Below the pieces are notes generated by a model. The model was not told the DNA's origin. It worked only from the letters and a program-made list of their open reading frames with translations, and made no database searches. A DNA stretch of 64,000 bases from Minisyncoccota bacterium (lineage in GTDB: Bacteria; Patescibacteriota; Minisyncoccia; 2-02-FULL-40-12; GWA2-44-9). Position 1 is the stretch's first letter, and each line of letters opens with the position of its first letter. Positions 35,501 through 45,094 of this stretch are shown here, in pieces. The stretch is from assembly GCA_030583765.1 (NCBI GenBank), contig CP129474.1:73709-137708 (forward strand). Direction: 5' to 3'. The translations under genes and the position numbers were made by a program.

Positions 35501-36214
35501 TTATTGCTGCTCGATGACAGCGCGAATACTGTTCAGGAAGCCTTCGCTGGAAGAAGGAGTAAGTTTTTTGCCATTCAGGAAAAAAGATGGCGTACCCGTT
35601 ACTCCCGATGCGACTCCGGAAGCAAGGTCCCGATCAATGCGGGCTTTTGTTGCATCGGCATCCATATCGCGGACGAATTGCTGCGCATTAAGACCAAGTT
35701 GGCGGGCATAGCCTATCATGAGGTCGCGGGCATTCTGTGCATTGGCCCATGCCTGTTGCTGGTCAAAGATAATGCGATGCATCTCCCAAAACTTGCCCTG
35801 GGCACCAGCGGCTTCTGCCGCCTGTGCGGCAAGATTCGCGTTGGCATGAATAGTGCGGAGAGGGAAATGGCGATATACCAATGTAAGCTTGTCTCCAAAT
35901 TCATCTTGTGCCTGCTTAATCAACGGCTCAAACTGTGCGCATGCAGGGCACTGGAAGTCACTGTACTCGACAAGCACCGCGGGAGCGGTGAGCGATCCCT
36001 GGATACGGTCCTCCCCTTCTACAGGAGCACTTGAAAGTGTGCCCGATCCATTTTGAGAAGGTCGATACGTGAGCAAGACGAGCGCGGCAACACTCGCCAC
36101 CATAAGCAGAACCACCCACAGGGTGCCGCTTCCCCGTTGTGAAAAAGGAAATTGCATATCAGTGAGTATACCCTGTCTCGCCACGAAATCAACGTGTAGC
36201 CGACGATATAACAA
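35501..36214 (-). CDS. Second DsbA-like thiol:disulfide oxidoreductase (CPAC active site)
   Basis: ...VLVEYSDFQCPACAQFEP... Confidence 0.8.
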   Translation of the reverse strand: MLYRRLHVDFVARQGILTDMQFPFSQRGSGTLWVVLLMVASVAALVLLTYRPSQNGSGTLSSAPVEGEDRIQGSLTAPAVLVEYSDFQCPACAQFEPLIKQAQDEFGDKLTLVYRHFPLRTIHANANLAAQAAEAAGAQGKFWEMHRIIFDQQQAWANAQNARDLMIGYARQLGLNAQQFVRDMDADATKARIDRDLASGVASGVTGTPSFFLNGKKLTPSSSEGFLNSIRAVIEQQ

Positions 36215-36956
36215 TCATGGATTTTTGCACCGCCGGTATAGGCTCATGGTTACCCGTGGGATAATCACGAATGCCGTTATAGAGAGTGGCATAAGGATAC
36301 TCAAACGATGCACCGTGTCGGGTTCCTGGGTCGTTCGTGATAAAAACACCACGCGCATCGTCGTACCCGATAATCAGCAACATGTGATATGCAGATCCTG
36401 GGAGCGTATAATACGGATTCCCAATGACTTGTCCGTTCGTCGGCACCGCAACAACGGCGCCATCGGCCAGCGCACGCCGAATATCATCAATACTTATATT
36501 GTGGCGCACGGACACGTGGGGATAATTGAAAAACTCTGTAGCAAATAATGCTGTGTCTTGCGCTGACGTATCACGGATAGTACCAAAGCGCGCTTTTCCA
36601 AAATCAGAAAGAGCAAAGATGTCCTCAAGCGCTGACTGTGGGTGGATGGCCTCTCCGCGTGCCCACCGCACCGCCATGAGCATCGTGGCTTCTTCACATG
36701 CGCCTTGCTGACGCGGATCAGCCCAATCACCAAATGGCGCTTGGGCGATAAACGGCACAGCGTGCGAAACGCGCTCTGGGGTCGCGCGCACTGAAGGATA
36801 TGGAGTTGGTGTGGCAGCAGGAAGTGTGGGCGATGGTAGCTGAGAAGGGACAGCGGCTTGTTGCGGCTCTCCTTGAAAAAGACCGAGCGCGTACGCGGCA
36901 ACCACGAGAATCGCGCCAATGCCGAAAAATAGTGAGGTAAATACGTTACGCATCAC
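36189..36956 (-). CDS. C39-like (peptidase_C39_2 / BtrH-like) papain-fold cysteine peptidase, membrane-anchored
   Basis: N-terminal TM. ...QQGACEEATMLMAVRW... is the catalytic Cys context. ...YHMLLIIGYDD... is the His/Asp context. Confidence 0.6.
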   Translation of the reverse strand: MMRNVFTSLFFGIGAILVVAAYALGLFQGEPQQAAVPSQLPSPTLPAATPTPYPSVRATPERVSHAVPFIAQAPFGDWADPRQQGACEEATMLMAVRWARGEAIHPQSALEDIFALSDFGKARFGTIRDTSAQDTALFATEFFNYPHVSVRHNISIDDIRRALADGAVVAVPTNGQVIGNPYYTLPGSAYHMLLIIGYDDARGVFITNDPGTRHGASFEYPYATLYNGIRDYPTGNHEPIPAVQKSMIVISSATR

Positions 36957-38070
36957 GTTTTGCCATATAGGCTGCTATAAGCGTCGTGGCTGGAACGGCG
37001 AGCGCTAAACCTGTCGAAGAAATGAGTGTGCGCACAATTTCTTCGGCGACAATCTCTCCATTCACCACAAATGAAAGTGGAAACTTACGAACGCTCACCA
37101 AGAGTACCAGCGGCAACGACGCGCCCGCATACGCGAGTACTAATGTGTTAATCACCGCAGAAACATGATCTCGACCCACATCCATCGCTCGTATGAATAG
37201 TTGCATACGCGTAAGGCGCGGATCGGTCCGCGCGAGACTAAATACCGTTGCCGCCTGTGTGATAGCAATATCATCAAGCACGCCGATAGCGGCGATGATG
37301 ATACCCGCCACTACGAGGGCTACTAAATTCACCGTATACTCCGACTCCATATTTAAATACACGGCTTCTTCCGCGGAAAACCCGGAGAAATGGAGTGCGC
37401 CTACCGCCACGCGAGAAAGGGCAGCGACCACGAGTAAGGCGATCATGATGCCAAGAAGCGCTGAAATAGATTTACGATTAACGCCATATGAAACCGCAAG
37501 TGTCACGATGAGAATAAGCAGAGAGCCCACGAGGCCGACAATCACCGGATCATCTCCAGCCAAAATGCGCGGCACAATCCAAGTGATAATAAGAGCAAAA
37601 CTAAAAATGAGACCCGACAGCGCATAGAGCCCCTTTCTCCCCGCCATAGCAACAACTACACCAAAAAACAGGGCCGCAAGCGCCAGCAAACCCCGTCCAC
37701 GCTGCACGTCAACGATAAAAAACTGCTCACTTTCACTTCCCCCTGTCTGTTGTACGTATACTCGATCTCCAGTCGCCAATGGTACAAAATCATTCATAAC
37801 AGAAACGGTACGCACGCCATCGGGAAGCGATGCCTGTACGGCAAGTTTTTGCTCGCGAATAGTGCGATCGGGCACAATACTTGGAACCGTGCGCTCTTCG
37901 AGCACTTCTAATACAGATCCGGAGAAAATGCGTTCATCAGCCAAATCAGTGCTACGCGCAGCAGAGAAAAAACCTCCAAACCAAAGCATCGCGAGGGAAA
38001 TACAAAAAATGCCTACCGCAAGAAGGCCGTGTGGCTTATGATTATGAAATTCATGATGGTGCTCACTCAT
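36946..38070 (-). CDS. YibE/F-family integral membrane protein with a His-rich N-terminus
   Basis: MSEHHHEFHNHKPHG..., then 7-8 TM helices: ...LVGSLLILIVTLAVSYGVN...VAGIIIAAIGVLDDIAITQAATV... Confidence 0.65.
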   Translation of the reverse strand: MSEHHHEFHNHKPHGLLAVGIFCISLAMLWFGGFFSAARSTDLADERIFSGSVLEVLEERTVPSIVPDRTIREQKLAVQASLPDGVRTVSVMNDFVPLATGDRVYVQQTGGSESEQFFIVDVQRGRGLLALAALFFGVVVAMAGRKGLYALSGLIFSFALIITWIVPRILAGDDPVIVGLVGSLLILIVTLAVSYGVNRKSISALLGIMIALLVVAALSRVAVGALHFSGFSAEEAVYLNMESEYTVNLVALVVAGIIIAAIGVLDDIAITQAATVFSLARTDPRLTRMQLFIRAMDVGRDHVSAVINTLVLAYAGASLPLVLLVSVRKFPLSFVVNGEIVAEEIVRTLISSTGLALAVPATTLIAAYMAKRDA

Positions 38071-38764
38071 TGTCTTTTGTATGAGTGCGGGCATATTCTT
38101 CGCGTGACATGACGGCCCGCTCAAATGCTTCAGCTCGTCTTGCGCGTCGCAGTGCACGCGCTGGAGCGATTGGCTCATGAGGCGACGCATCCAGGGCATC
38201 ACCAATATACCAAAGCGGCTCGTCAGAAGCCACCCACTGCACTCCAAACCGCTCAAGAGAAAATGGGCGCGAGTAGGCGCGCAATGTTTTTTCTCCTGAA
38301 TCAAGAAAATACTCATGAAAATAGGAGAGGGCAAGCTCGCGAACTGTTCTATAGATAGGATCTCGCCACCGCAATACCGCATGGTTAGTTTTACTAATTG
38401 CGCCCCACAGGCCATCGCGTTGGAATAGAGCGACTACGTGATCAAAATCATGCGGAGCCGTTTGAAGATCGAGCAGTAGTGGTTTATGTCCGTGATACCA
38501 TAACGTCGTTGCCGCAAAGAGGGCACCCTCAAAACAATGTGCGTTTCTTTCGCGCATCACAATTCGTGGTGAATGGCATGAATCGCCGCCAATCTCGTGA
38601 TTTGCGGGAAGCGCAGAAAGGAAGTCTTGGATACGCTCTGGGGTGCGTAACGAGCGCATCAGGGAACGCTCCTTCTGGGTAAGGATTGTTTTGAGCTCAC
38701 GTCTCAACGCATCACGAGACTTCATAGGCATGGCACATCTTCGCATATTTTCGTGGGTTGCCAC
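38063..38764 (-). CDS. Transglutaminase-like / papain-like Cys-His-Asp fold protein, function unknown
   Basis: ...IGGDSCHSPRIVMRERNAHCFEGALFAATTLWYHGHKPLLLDL...FDHVVALF... fits a Cys...His...Asp transglutaminase-core-like arrangement. Confidence 0.4.
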   Translation of the reverse strand: MATHENMRRCAMPMKSRDALRRELKTILTQKERSLMRSLRTPERIQDFLSALPANHEIGGDSCHSPRIVMRERNAHCFEGALFAATTLWYHGHKPLLLDLQTAPHDFDHVVALFQRDGLWGAISKTNHAVLRWRDPIYRTVRELALSYFHEYFLDSGEKTLRAYSRPFSLERFGVQWVASDEPLWYIGDALDASPHEPIAPARALRRARRAEAFERAVMSREEYARTHTKDNE

Positions 38765-38812
38765 AATAACAATAAACCGGCTTCCGCCGGCTTATTGTTA
38801 TACATGCACTTT

Positions 38813-39052
38813 CTAGAGGCCCTGAGCCGCGCTATCGATTTCTCGTAATTCCTGATCGAGATTTACATCTTCAATAGCATTCACTTCAAGCACGTCAGGC
38901 GTTGGAGATGCCGCAACTGAAGGCGCTGGCATTTTCTTGAGATCAGCTTCTTCTGACGCACCTTGTTGCATAAGCACCCATCCTATAACGACGGCGAGTG
39001 CGATGAGCACAATTGCCCACAGCCAGCTAAACGAACCATTCGAATCATTCAT
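38813..39052 (-). CDS. Small membrane-anchored protein with an acidic C-terminal tail, 79 aa
   Basis: WLWAIVLIALAVVIGWVLM is a TM helix. The tail is acidic. Confidence 0.45.
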   Translation of the reverse strand: MNDSNGSFSWLWAIVLIALAVVIGWVLMQQGASEEADLKKMPAPSVAASPTPDVLEVNAIEDVNLDQELREIDSAAQGL

Positions 39053-39059
39053 AGAATTA

Positions 39060-39851
39060 TTATTGCGTTACTGCGGGAGATGCACTTGGCATCGGAGATG
39101 GAGAGACATCATCATCCGCTTCTGGCCCACGGATGATATTGCGCACGATCTCGGAAAGCGATTTTACAGCACTATGCGCATCGCGCACAGCCTCCTGCGC
39201 CTCTTTCAAATCCTCATGGAGATTTTTACGGACAGTAGACACCGCTGAACCAAGTTTATCCTCAGTCGTGATGGTGATAACGTATGCCTCACCTGCCTGC
39301 GCTTCAACGCGCGCCCGCGCTTCTGCAATTGCCTCTTTCGCAGCAACAACAGCAGCCTCAGCTTTTGTTACATCCTTCCCTTCGCTCTTAAGCCCTGCAA
39401 CACGAGCTTCAATGCGCGAGAGAGCATTTTCGATCTTCTCAAGCACATTAGCAAAGTGGTTTGTAATCCGTGCATTGAGAGCATCAATTTGACCATCAAT
39501 GCGCTCTACGATTTGCTTCTTTTTCTCATCTTTCAGCGCTTCGAGCTTCTTTTTAAAAGCTTCGCGCTCTTTTTCACGCTGATCTTTTAGCGCCTCGCGC
39601 TCTTTTTCCATTTTCTGTTTGAGCGCTTCGCGATCCTCTTCACGCTTTGTTTTTTCAACCTCTTGCCTCTTTTTTACGGCTTCTTTTTCAGCTTCGAGCT
39701 TCTTTTTTAGCTCCTCGCGCTCTCGCTCACGCAACTCGATCTTTGGCGATGGAGATGCTGATTTTACATCATTCTCTGCGCGCGCTGCAGGCACATATGC
39801 ACCCACTAACGCTACAGCGACTGCAACAAACACGATTGAATGTCGTTTCAT
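39060..39851 (-). CDS. Secreted coiled-coil protein with internal E/K-rich repeats (EKEREALK-type)
   Basis: Signal peptide, then REREELKKKLEAEKEAVKKRQEVEKTKREEDREALKQKMEKEREALKDQREKEREAFKKKLEALKDEKKK. The DNA has imperfect tandem repeats at about 39540-39730. Confidence 0.6.
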   Translation of the reverse strand: MKRHSIVFVAVAVALVGAYVPAARAENDVKSASPSPKIELREREREELKKKLEAEKEAVKKRQEVEKTKREEDREALKQKMEKEREALKDQREKEREAFKKKLEALKDEKKKQIVERIDGQIDALNARITNHFANVLEKIENALSRIEARVAGLKSEGKDVTKAEAAVVAAKEAIAEARARVEAQAGEAYVITITTEDKLGSAVSTVRKNLHEDLKEAQEAVRDAHSAVKSLSEIVRNIIRGPEADDDVSPSPMPSASPAVTQ

Positions 39852-39903
39852 GAAATAAGTATATAACGCTGCCCCCTAAGCGCAAGAACGCTTATGCACA
39901 CCA

Positions 39904-40392
39904 CTAGAAACGAATATCCCACGAATCTCGCGCAGAATCGAGCGTATGGAAAAGCGCCGCGATAGGGTTCTTCCACACATCAGCAATTGGTTTGTCGAGC
40001 AGTGGATCAAACCGCCCATCTCCGTCATCAGCATAGAGCACCGCGACATATCCCTCTCCGTGCTTACTCGGGCTCGAGAGTACAATTTCTATGCCCTGAT
40101 GCTCACCAACCTTAAGAAGGGGTGTTGCGCCAGCATAGGAACGCGCACCAGGACGCACAATCGCATATTGAATGACAACAAAACCTGGACGATCAAGCGC
40201 GGCAAGCTCCACACGAGCTGCAAGCCCAGGACGCTGATCAACCACAAGTAGCGCATTCTTGCCAACCTGCACGCCGGGGAATGTGATCGTTTGGCCCTTT
40301 AAAATAAACCACCCCGCGGTAAAAATAAGCGCGGCAAAAAGGAGTGGGTAGCTATTCGTGCGTAGAAATCGTTGTAACGCGCGTGCTGTCAT
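39904..40392 (-). CDS. Hypothetical membrane-anchored protein, 162 aa
   Basis: ORF with an N-terminal TM helix. Confidence 0.45.
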   Translation of the reverse strand: MTARALQRFLRTNSYPLLFAALIFTAGWFILKGQTITFPGVQVGKNALLVVDQRPGLAARVELAALDRPGFVVIQYAIVRPGARSYAGATPLLKVGEHQGIEIVLSSPSKHGEGYVAVLYADDGDGRFDPLLDKPIADVWKNPIAALFHTLDSARDSWDIRF

Positions 40393-40398
40393 TGTTTT

Positions 40399-41160
40399 TT
40401 AGTCGCCCATCACGAACATCATTGCAACACCGATGAGAAACATCATAAAGGAAAGCGCGGAAGTATTGAATTGCGTCTCTCGGCGCAACTCAGGCATCAG
40501 ATCAGAGGCGGCGATATATAAGAATCCACCAGCAGCAATAGGAAGTAAGAGTGGCACAATGTCGGTAACATGCTCAACCGCATACCAACCCACAATCCCA
40601 CCGAACACGACGCCAAGGGACACAAACAAATTCCATGCAAGAGCTCGTCCACGCGAGAAGCCCGAGTAAAGGAGCACGCCAAAATCACTAATTTCTTGAG
40701 GGATTTCGTGCATCGCAACCGCTAGGGCAGTCACCCACCCTAATGAAACGTCGACAGCAAATGTCGCAGCAAGAATAAGCCCGTCGATGAAGTTGTGCAC
40801 GAAATCTCCAATGAGATTCATCGTGCCGAATGAATGCTCGGGACATACGCCATTATGGCAATGGCGCCAGTGCAACACCTTCTCGATAAGGAAGAAGACG
40901 ACAAACGAGACGAGAACGAGACGGAATAGCAATACGCTTTCAAGAGACTCAGCCGCTTCTGGTAATAGGTGGAGAAACGCATTACCGATGAGCGCTCCTG
41001 CAGAAAGCCCCACAAGCAGCAGTAAAACCTTTTTCCCCTGAGCACCCTGCCAAAAAAGAGTAAGTGCGCCAATAAGAGATCCGGCGCTTATGAGGAGCGT
41101 TGCCCCTATCAGAGAACTAAATGCTGACATAGAGATAGAATACCCTATTTGAGCGAACAT
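40399..41160 (-). CDS. zupT: ZIP-family zinc transporter
   Basis: ...HNFIDGLILAATF...AVAMHEIPQEISDFGVLLYSGF... carries ZIP signature helices. Confidence 0.8.
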   Translation of the reverse strand: MFAQIGYSISMSAFSSLIGATLLISAGSLIGALTLFWQGAQGKKVLLLLVGLSAGALIGNAFLHLLPEAAESLESVLLFRLVLVSFVVFFLIEKVLHWRHCHNGVCPEHSFGTMNLIGDFVHNFIDGLILAATFAVDVSLGWVTALAVAMHEIPQEISDFGVLLYSGFSRGRALAWNLFVSLGVVFGGIVGWYAVEHVTDIVPLLLPIAAGGFLYIAASDLMPELRRETQFNTSALSFMMFLIGVAMMFVMGD

Positions 41161-41191
41161 CGGAAGAGCACCTGATGCTATTTCTTACGTA

Positions 41192-41767
41192 CTATTTGCA
41201 GTTAAGAGCCTGCTTGCACGCTGCCTGTTGATCTGCTGGCAATGATGCACACATGCCGCATTGTGAGCTTGCCCCAGAAGAGCCGCTCGTGTTGCCGCCG
41301 GGCACAAGAGAAGAAAGATCACGGAACGTGACGTCTTTTGGAATCTCGAACAGCGACATGTCGGCGCGCCAATTTTCGCACGAGACTTTCACCCGATCAT
41401 CAAAACTATCACCGTCAGTACTCGCAGCTTCGGCGGTTGGCTCAATTTTTATACCAACCGATTCCCCATCTCGCCATATATACACGATATCATCGCTAAG
41501 AAGACTATGAGCCCCCTCTACGGCTTCGAGACGAATTCTACCACCGGCAATATATGCCGTAGCCGTTTGGTCAGCCGGAGAATTTGGTAACGCATATATG
41601 CACTTCTGTGATTCCCTACCAAGCAGCGAGCGAAGCGTCGTCTCTTCTTGCCCCGCAAGCGTAGTGCCGCCACTAAGGTCACTTTCGTCCCCGCCACTCA
41701 TAACCGTCCACGCAATACCGCCAACGACAACAACTCCTCCAATCCCAAGTAATAAGGCTTTATTCAT
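41192..41767 (-). CDS. Secreted hypothetical protein with a C-terminal Cys cluster
   Basis: Signal/TM, then ...SSQCGMCASLPADQQAACKQALNCK at the C-terminus. Confidence 0.45.
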   Translation of the reverse strand: MNKALLLGIGGVVVVGGIAWTVMSGGDESDLSGGTTLAGQEETTLRSLLGRESQKCIYALPNSPADQTATAYIAGGRIRLEAVEGAHSLLSDDIVYIWRDGESVGIKIEPTAEAASTDGDSFDDRVKVSCENWRADMSLFEIPKDVTFRDLSSLVPGGNTSGSSGASSQCGMCASLPADQQAACKQALNCK

Positions 41768-41807
41768 ATGCCGCTAGTATAGAAAACCAGTTGCAACGCG
41801 CAAGGCT

Positions 41808-42770
41808 CTATTTTTCTTTCTGTATGTCCCGCAATATTGCCTCAACGCGAGCGAGGCTTTCAGAGTCATGAATAGAGAGCGGCTCCGCTGATATGCCCGC
41901 ATTTTTGAGTGCCAGAAGACGTTCAGCGCACACTTCAGGCGCAACCACGTCGCTCTTGCTCAAAAACACATGCTCACTTTTCTCGGCGAACGATGCGCGA
42001 TATGCCGTCAATTCACCGCGCACCGTGTTATAATCCGCGACCGGATCAAGTGATTCTGCAGAGATGAGGTGAAAGAGCGTCTTTGTACGCTCAACGTGCT
42101 GTAAGAAGCGAATACCCAACCCCTTCCCCTGCGACGCACCCTCAATAAGCCCGGGGATATCCGCAAGAATGAGCCCGTAGTATGAACCAAGATACGGCTC
42201 CAGTGTCGTAAAAGGATAATTCGCAACGCGACTTTTCGCGTTCGTGAGTTCATTGAGCAAGCTCGACTTTCCCGCATTCGGAAGCCCAACGAAACCGACA
42301 TCGGCGATAAGTTTTAATTCAAGGCGAATATGAAAAAACTCTCCCGGCAACCCTTCTTGGAACTCCTTAGGGCTCGTGTTGGTCGAAGAACGGAAGTGAA
42401 AGTTACCTTTCCCACCCTTTCCACCACGAGCCACGAGCACGCGATCATGCGTGCTGATGATCTCCTGATCTTCTCCCGTATCAAGATTATGAATAACGGT
42501 GCCCACAGGAACCTTGAGCACTACTGGCTCCCCATCGCGACCATCACGAAACTGAGGATTACCATCTTCACCGTTATCTGCTTTGATCTCTTTTTTATTG
42601 CGAAACTGTGCAAGCGCGCCAATGTCCGCAACGCCCTCCATAAAAATATCTGCGCCATTTCCACCGCTGGCCCCAGAAGGGCCGAGGCTCATTTTGTTTT
42701 TATCAAAAGCGACGGCACCCGTGCCGCCATCACCAGCTTTTACGGTAATAGTTACGTCATCAACTAACAT
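41808..42770 (-). CDS. obg: GTPase Obg
   Basis: MLVDDVTITVKAGDGGTGAVAF... is the Obg fold. ...ADVGFVGLPNAGKSSLLN... is the G1 motif. Confidence 0.9.
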   Translation of the reverse strand: MLVDDVTITVKAGDGGTGAVAFDKNKMSLGPSGASGGNGADIFMEGVADIGALAQFRNKKEIKADNGEDGNPQFRDGRDGEPVVLKVPVGTVIHNLDTGEDQEIISTHDRVLVARGGKGGKGNFHFRSSTNTSPKEFQEGLPGEFFHIRLELKLIADVGFVGLPNAGKSSLLNELTNAKSRVANYPFTTLEPYLGSYYGLILADIPGLIEGASQGKGLGIRFLQHVERTKTLFHLISAESLDPVADYNTVRGELTAYRASFAEKSEHVFLSKSDVVAPEVCAERLLALKNAGISAEPLSIHDSESLARVEAILRDIQKEK

Positions 42771-42809
42771 AAGAAAAGTATGCCACAAATAAGAGGCACA
42801 CGCTACCAA

Positions 42810-44090
42810 CTAGAATGAGCGGCGGCGAGGACGAAAACCACGGCGTGCACCGAATGTACGGCGGCGAGCGGCAAACGGACGATTACCCTGACTGCTCTGG
42901 CGAGCAAGCGGTGGCATCCCCGGACCTTCTGATGTAGGAATCTCCATGCGAATAATGCGTTCAATGTTACGCAACGTGCCACGTTGATCAGGTGTTGCGA
43001 GAGAAATAGCATGGCCCCCCGCACCTGCACGAGCGGTGCGACCAATGCGATGCACGTAATCTTCCGGATTCATCGGCAAATCAAAGTTAATGACTAGCTC
43101 AATACCTGTGACATCAATGCCACGAGACGCAATATCGGTAGCAACGAGCACGCGATACGCACCCGACTTAAACCCCGCAAGCGCCTCACGACGTTGGCCC
43201 AACGAACGATCAGCGTGCAGCTCAGCAACCGTGTGGCCCATGCCGCGGATCATATCCGTAAGCTTGCGTGCGCCATGTTTTGTTTTAGAGAAAATCAGTG
43301 TCGTGCCTGGATACTGTGTGAGCAGTTTCTCCACCATAGGAATCTTTGCTTCACGTGGCACAATGAAGATTTCTTGCGTCACACGAGACGCAGTAGTCCC
43401 TGCGGGCGCGATTTCAATACGAATAGGCAACTGCATGTGTCCCGTTGCAAGCTTCATAATCTCCGGAGGCATTGTTGCTGAAAACAGCATGGTTTGTCGC
43501 TCCTTGGAAATCATCTTCAGGATGGTGGTGATTTGATGCGCGAATCCCATGTCCAACATGCGGTCTGCTTCATCAAGAACCGCAATGCGCACACGCGTAA
43601 GATTAAAATTCTTCTGCTTGAGGTGATCCATGAAGCGTCCAGGGGTCGCTATGATGATGTGCGGATGGTTCCGCAGTGAGCGCACCTGCGGATACATAGG
43701 AGCACCACCAATGAGCACCGCCGTGCGCACGCCCATGCCTGCGCTTATATTCTGGATAGATTCTTCAACTTGCGTTGCAAGCTCACGCGTTGGCACAAGC
43801 ACCAAGCCTTGCGCGTCCATATTGGAGAGGCGCTGAAGCATGGGCAGACAGAACGCGAGCGTTTTTCCAGTGCCTGTTTGAGCAATGCCGACAATGTCCT
43901 TACCTTCGATAGCAACGGGGATAACCTGCTGCTGAATAGGCGTCGGCTCTGTGTAGTGAATGCGTGCAAGCGCCTCCAAAAATAGGGGCGCGATGTTGAG
44001 TCCGGAAAACCCGGACGATGAAAGCGATGTGTTATTTTCCAAGGTAAAATACGAACTAGAGAACCCGCCGCGCGTTTCACAGAACCTCAC
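42810..44090 (-). CDS. DEAD-box ATP-dependent RNA helicase; exact start uncertain
   Basis: Q-motif ...HYTEPTPIQQQ..., AQTGTGKT, VLDEADRMLDMGF, SAT, HRIGRTARAG. Confidence 0.85.
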   Translation of the reverse strand: MRFCETRGGFSSSYFTLENNTSLSSSGFSGLNIAPLFLEALARIHYTEPTPIQQQVIPVAIEGKDIVGIAQTGTGKTLAFCLPMLQRLSNMDAQGLVLVPTRELATQVEESIQNISAGMGVRTAVLIGGAPMYPQVRSLRNHPHIIIATPGRFMDHLKQKNFNLTRVRIAVLDEADRMLDMGFAHQITTILKMISKERQTMLFSATMPPEIMKLATGHMQLPIRIEIAPAGTTASRVTQEIFIVPREAKIPMVEKLLTQYPGTTLIFSKTKHGARKLTDMIRGMGHTVAELHADRSLGQRREALAGFKSGAYRVLVATDIASRGIDVTGIELVINFDLPMNPEDYVHRIGRTARAGAGGHAISLATPDQRGTLRNIERIIRMEIPTSEGPGMPPLARQSSQGNRPFAARRRTFGARRGFRPRRRSF

Positions 44091-44152
44091 CGCGAGAGAT
44101 CAAAGCTACGTAGGGTAATCATACCATAAAACTGAAAAGAGATCAAATACGT

Positions 44153-44314
44153 TTACAGGCCAAGAAAGCGATACACCAGTAGCGCGGGCCAGATAAATGC
44201 TTTGAGAAGGCCTAAGACTCCCGCTCCAAATGAGTCTGCTTGCTGAATAAAATAAACAGCCGCGCCGATAAGTCCCATACCATATACCGCATCCGAAGAA
44301 GTGTTGTGATTCAT
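44153..44314 (-). CDS. Small hydrophobic protein, 53 aa, not in the ORF track
   Basis: Hand translation gives MNHNTSSDAVYGMGLIGAAVYFIQQADSFGAGVLGLLKAFIWPALLVYRFLGL*. GGAGAGG lies about 14 nt upstream. Confidence 0.35.
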   Translation of the reverse strand: MNHNTSSDAVYGMGLIGAAVYFIQQADSFGAGVLGLLKAFIWPALLVYRFLGL

Positions 44315-44344
44315 ACGCCCACTGTATACCTCTCCAACTCTTCT

Positions 44345-44380
44345 GAAAAGAACGGCCCCCGCGTTTCGGCGGGGGTAAGA
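44345..44380 (-). terminator. Rho-independent terminator for the gene ending at 44395
   Basis: Hairpin CCCCGC-gtttcg-GCGGGG. On the minus strand it is followed by TTCTTTTC. Confidence 0.55.
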
Positions 44381-44394
44381 GGAACAGGAACGGA

Positions 44395-44781
44395 CTACTT
44401 GTAGTACGCATAGAGCTGCTGGGCGAGAAAGCGCCTGCGGAGAATCGCTGCTTCCTGCTCTAGCTCTGTCACATGCTGAGAGAGCAAGCGCTCGATATCC
44501 ACGAGTACTTCCTGATCGAGCGAGATGATGTCAATCTCGTGCAGAGAGGCGTGCACCAACACCGGAGTAGCAACGCCAATCGAGCGCCATACGTGCACAT
44601 CAATCCCCTGCGTCACACACCGAAAGCCAGAGCCCCAGCGGCGAACGGATCGCACCTTGTCGGATCGGTCCCGCAGAAGATCGCGTAGGCGCAGAAAGAA
44701 CTTTCGCGAGATGCGCTCGATGATCTGGTCTTCCGACTCGTCATCAGGTCGCTCACCCGGAAACGGATTACTCATTGCCAC
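44395..44781 (-). CDS. Hypothetical protein, 128 aa
   Basis: ORF with no recognisable family. Confidence 0.4.
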   Translation of the reverse strand: MAMSNPFPGERPDDESEDQIIERISRKFFLRLRDLLRDRSDKVRSVRRWGSGFRCVTQGIDVHVWRSIGVATPVLVHASLHEIDIISLDQEVLVDIERLLSQHVTELEQEAAILRRRFLAQQLYAYYK

Positions 44782-44846
44782 ATGGCACCTCCCAACGCAG
44801 AACGCTACACAGAAACGCCATTTTCGTCAAAAGAAAAAGGAGCTGG

Positions 44847-45092
44847 TCAGGCCACCTTACGAATGCGTGCTTCTTTTTGCGCTCGTGAAAGCCGCTTGAT
44901 AGCCGCTTCACGTTTGAGCGCGGCACTCCGCGAAGCACACCGTTCTTGATACACCATCCGCAGCGCACCGTGAGCGCGCGTGTAGTTGCCACCTTTCCCC
45001 GCTTTGTGTTCACGCAAACGCCGCGCCACATCGGTGGTGATACCTGTATACAAACTCCCATCACGGCACTTCAGAATATAGACGACGTACAT
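44847..45092 (-). CDS. GIY-YIG nuclease-domain protein (UPF0213/YhbQ-like)
   Basis: MYVVYILKCRDGSLYTGITTDVARRLREHKAGKG... is the GIY...YIG core. Confidence 0.75.
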   Translation of the reverse strand: MYVVYILKCRDGSLYTGITTDVARRLREHKAGKGGNYTRAHGALRMVYQERCASRSAALKREAAIKRLSRAQKEARIRKVA

Positions 45093-45094
45093 TC

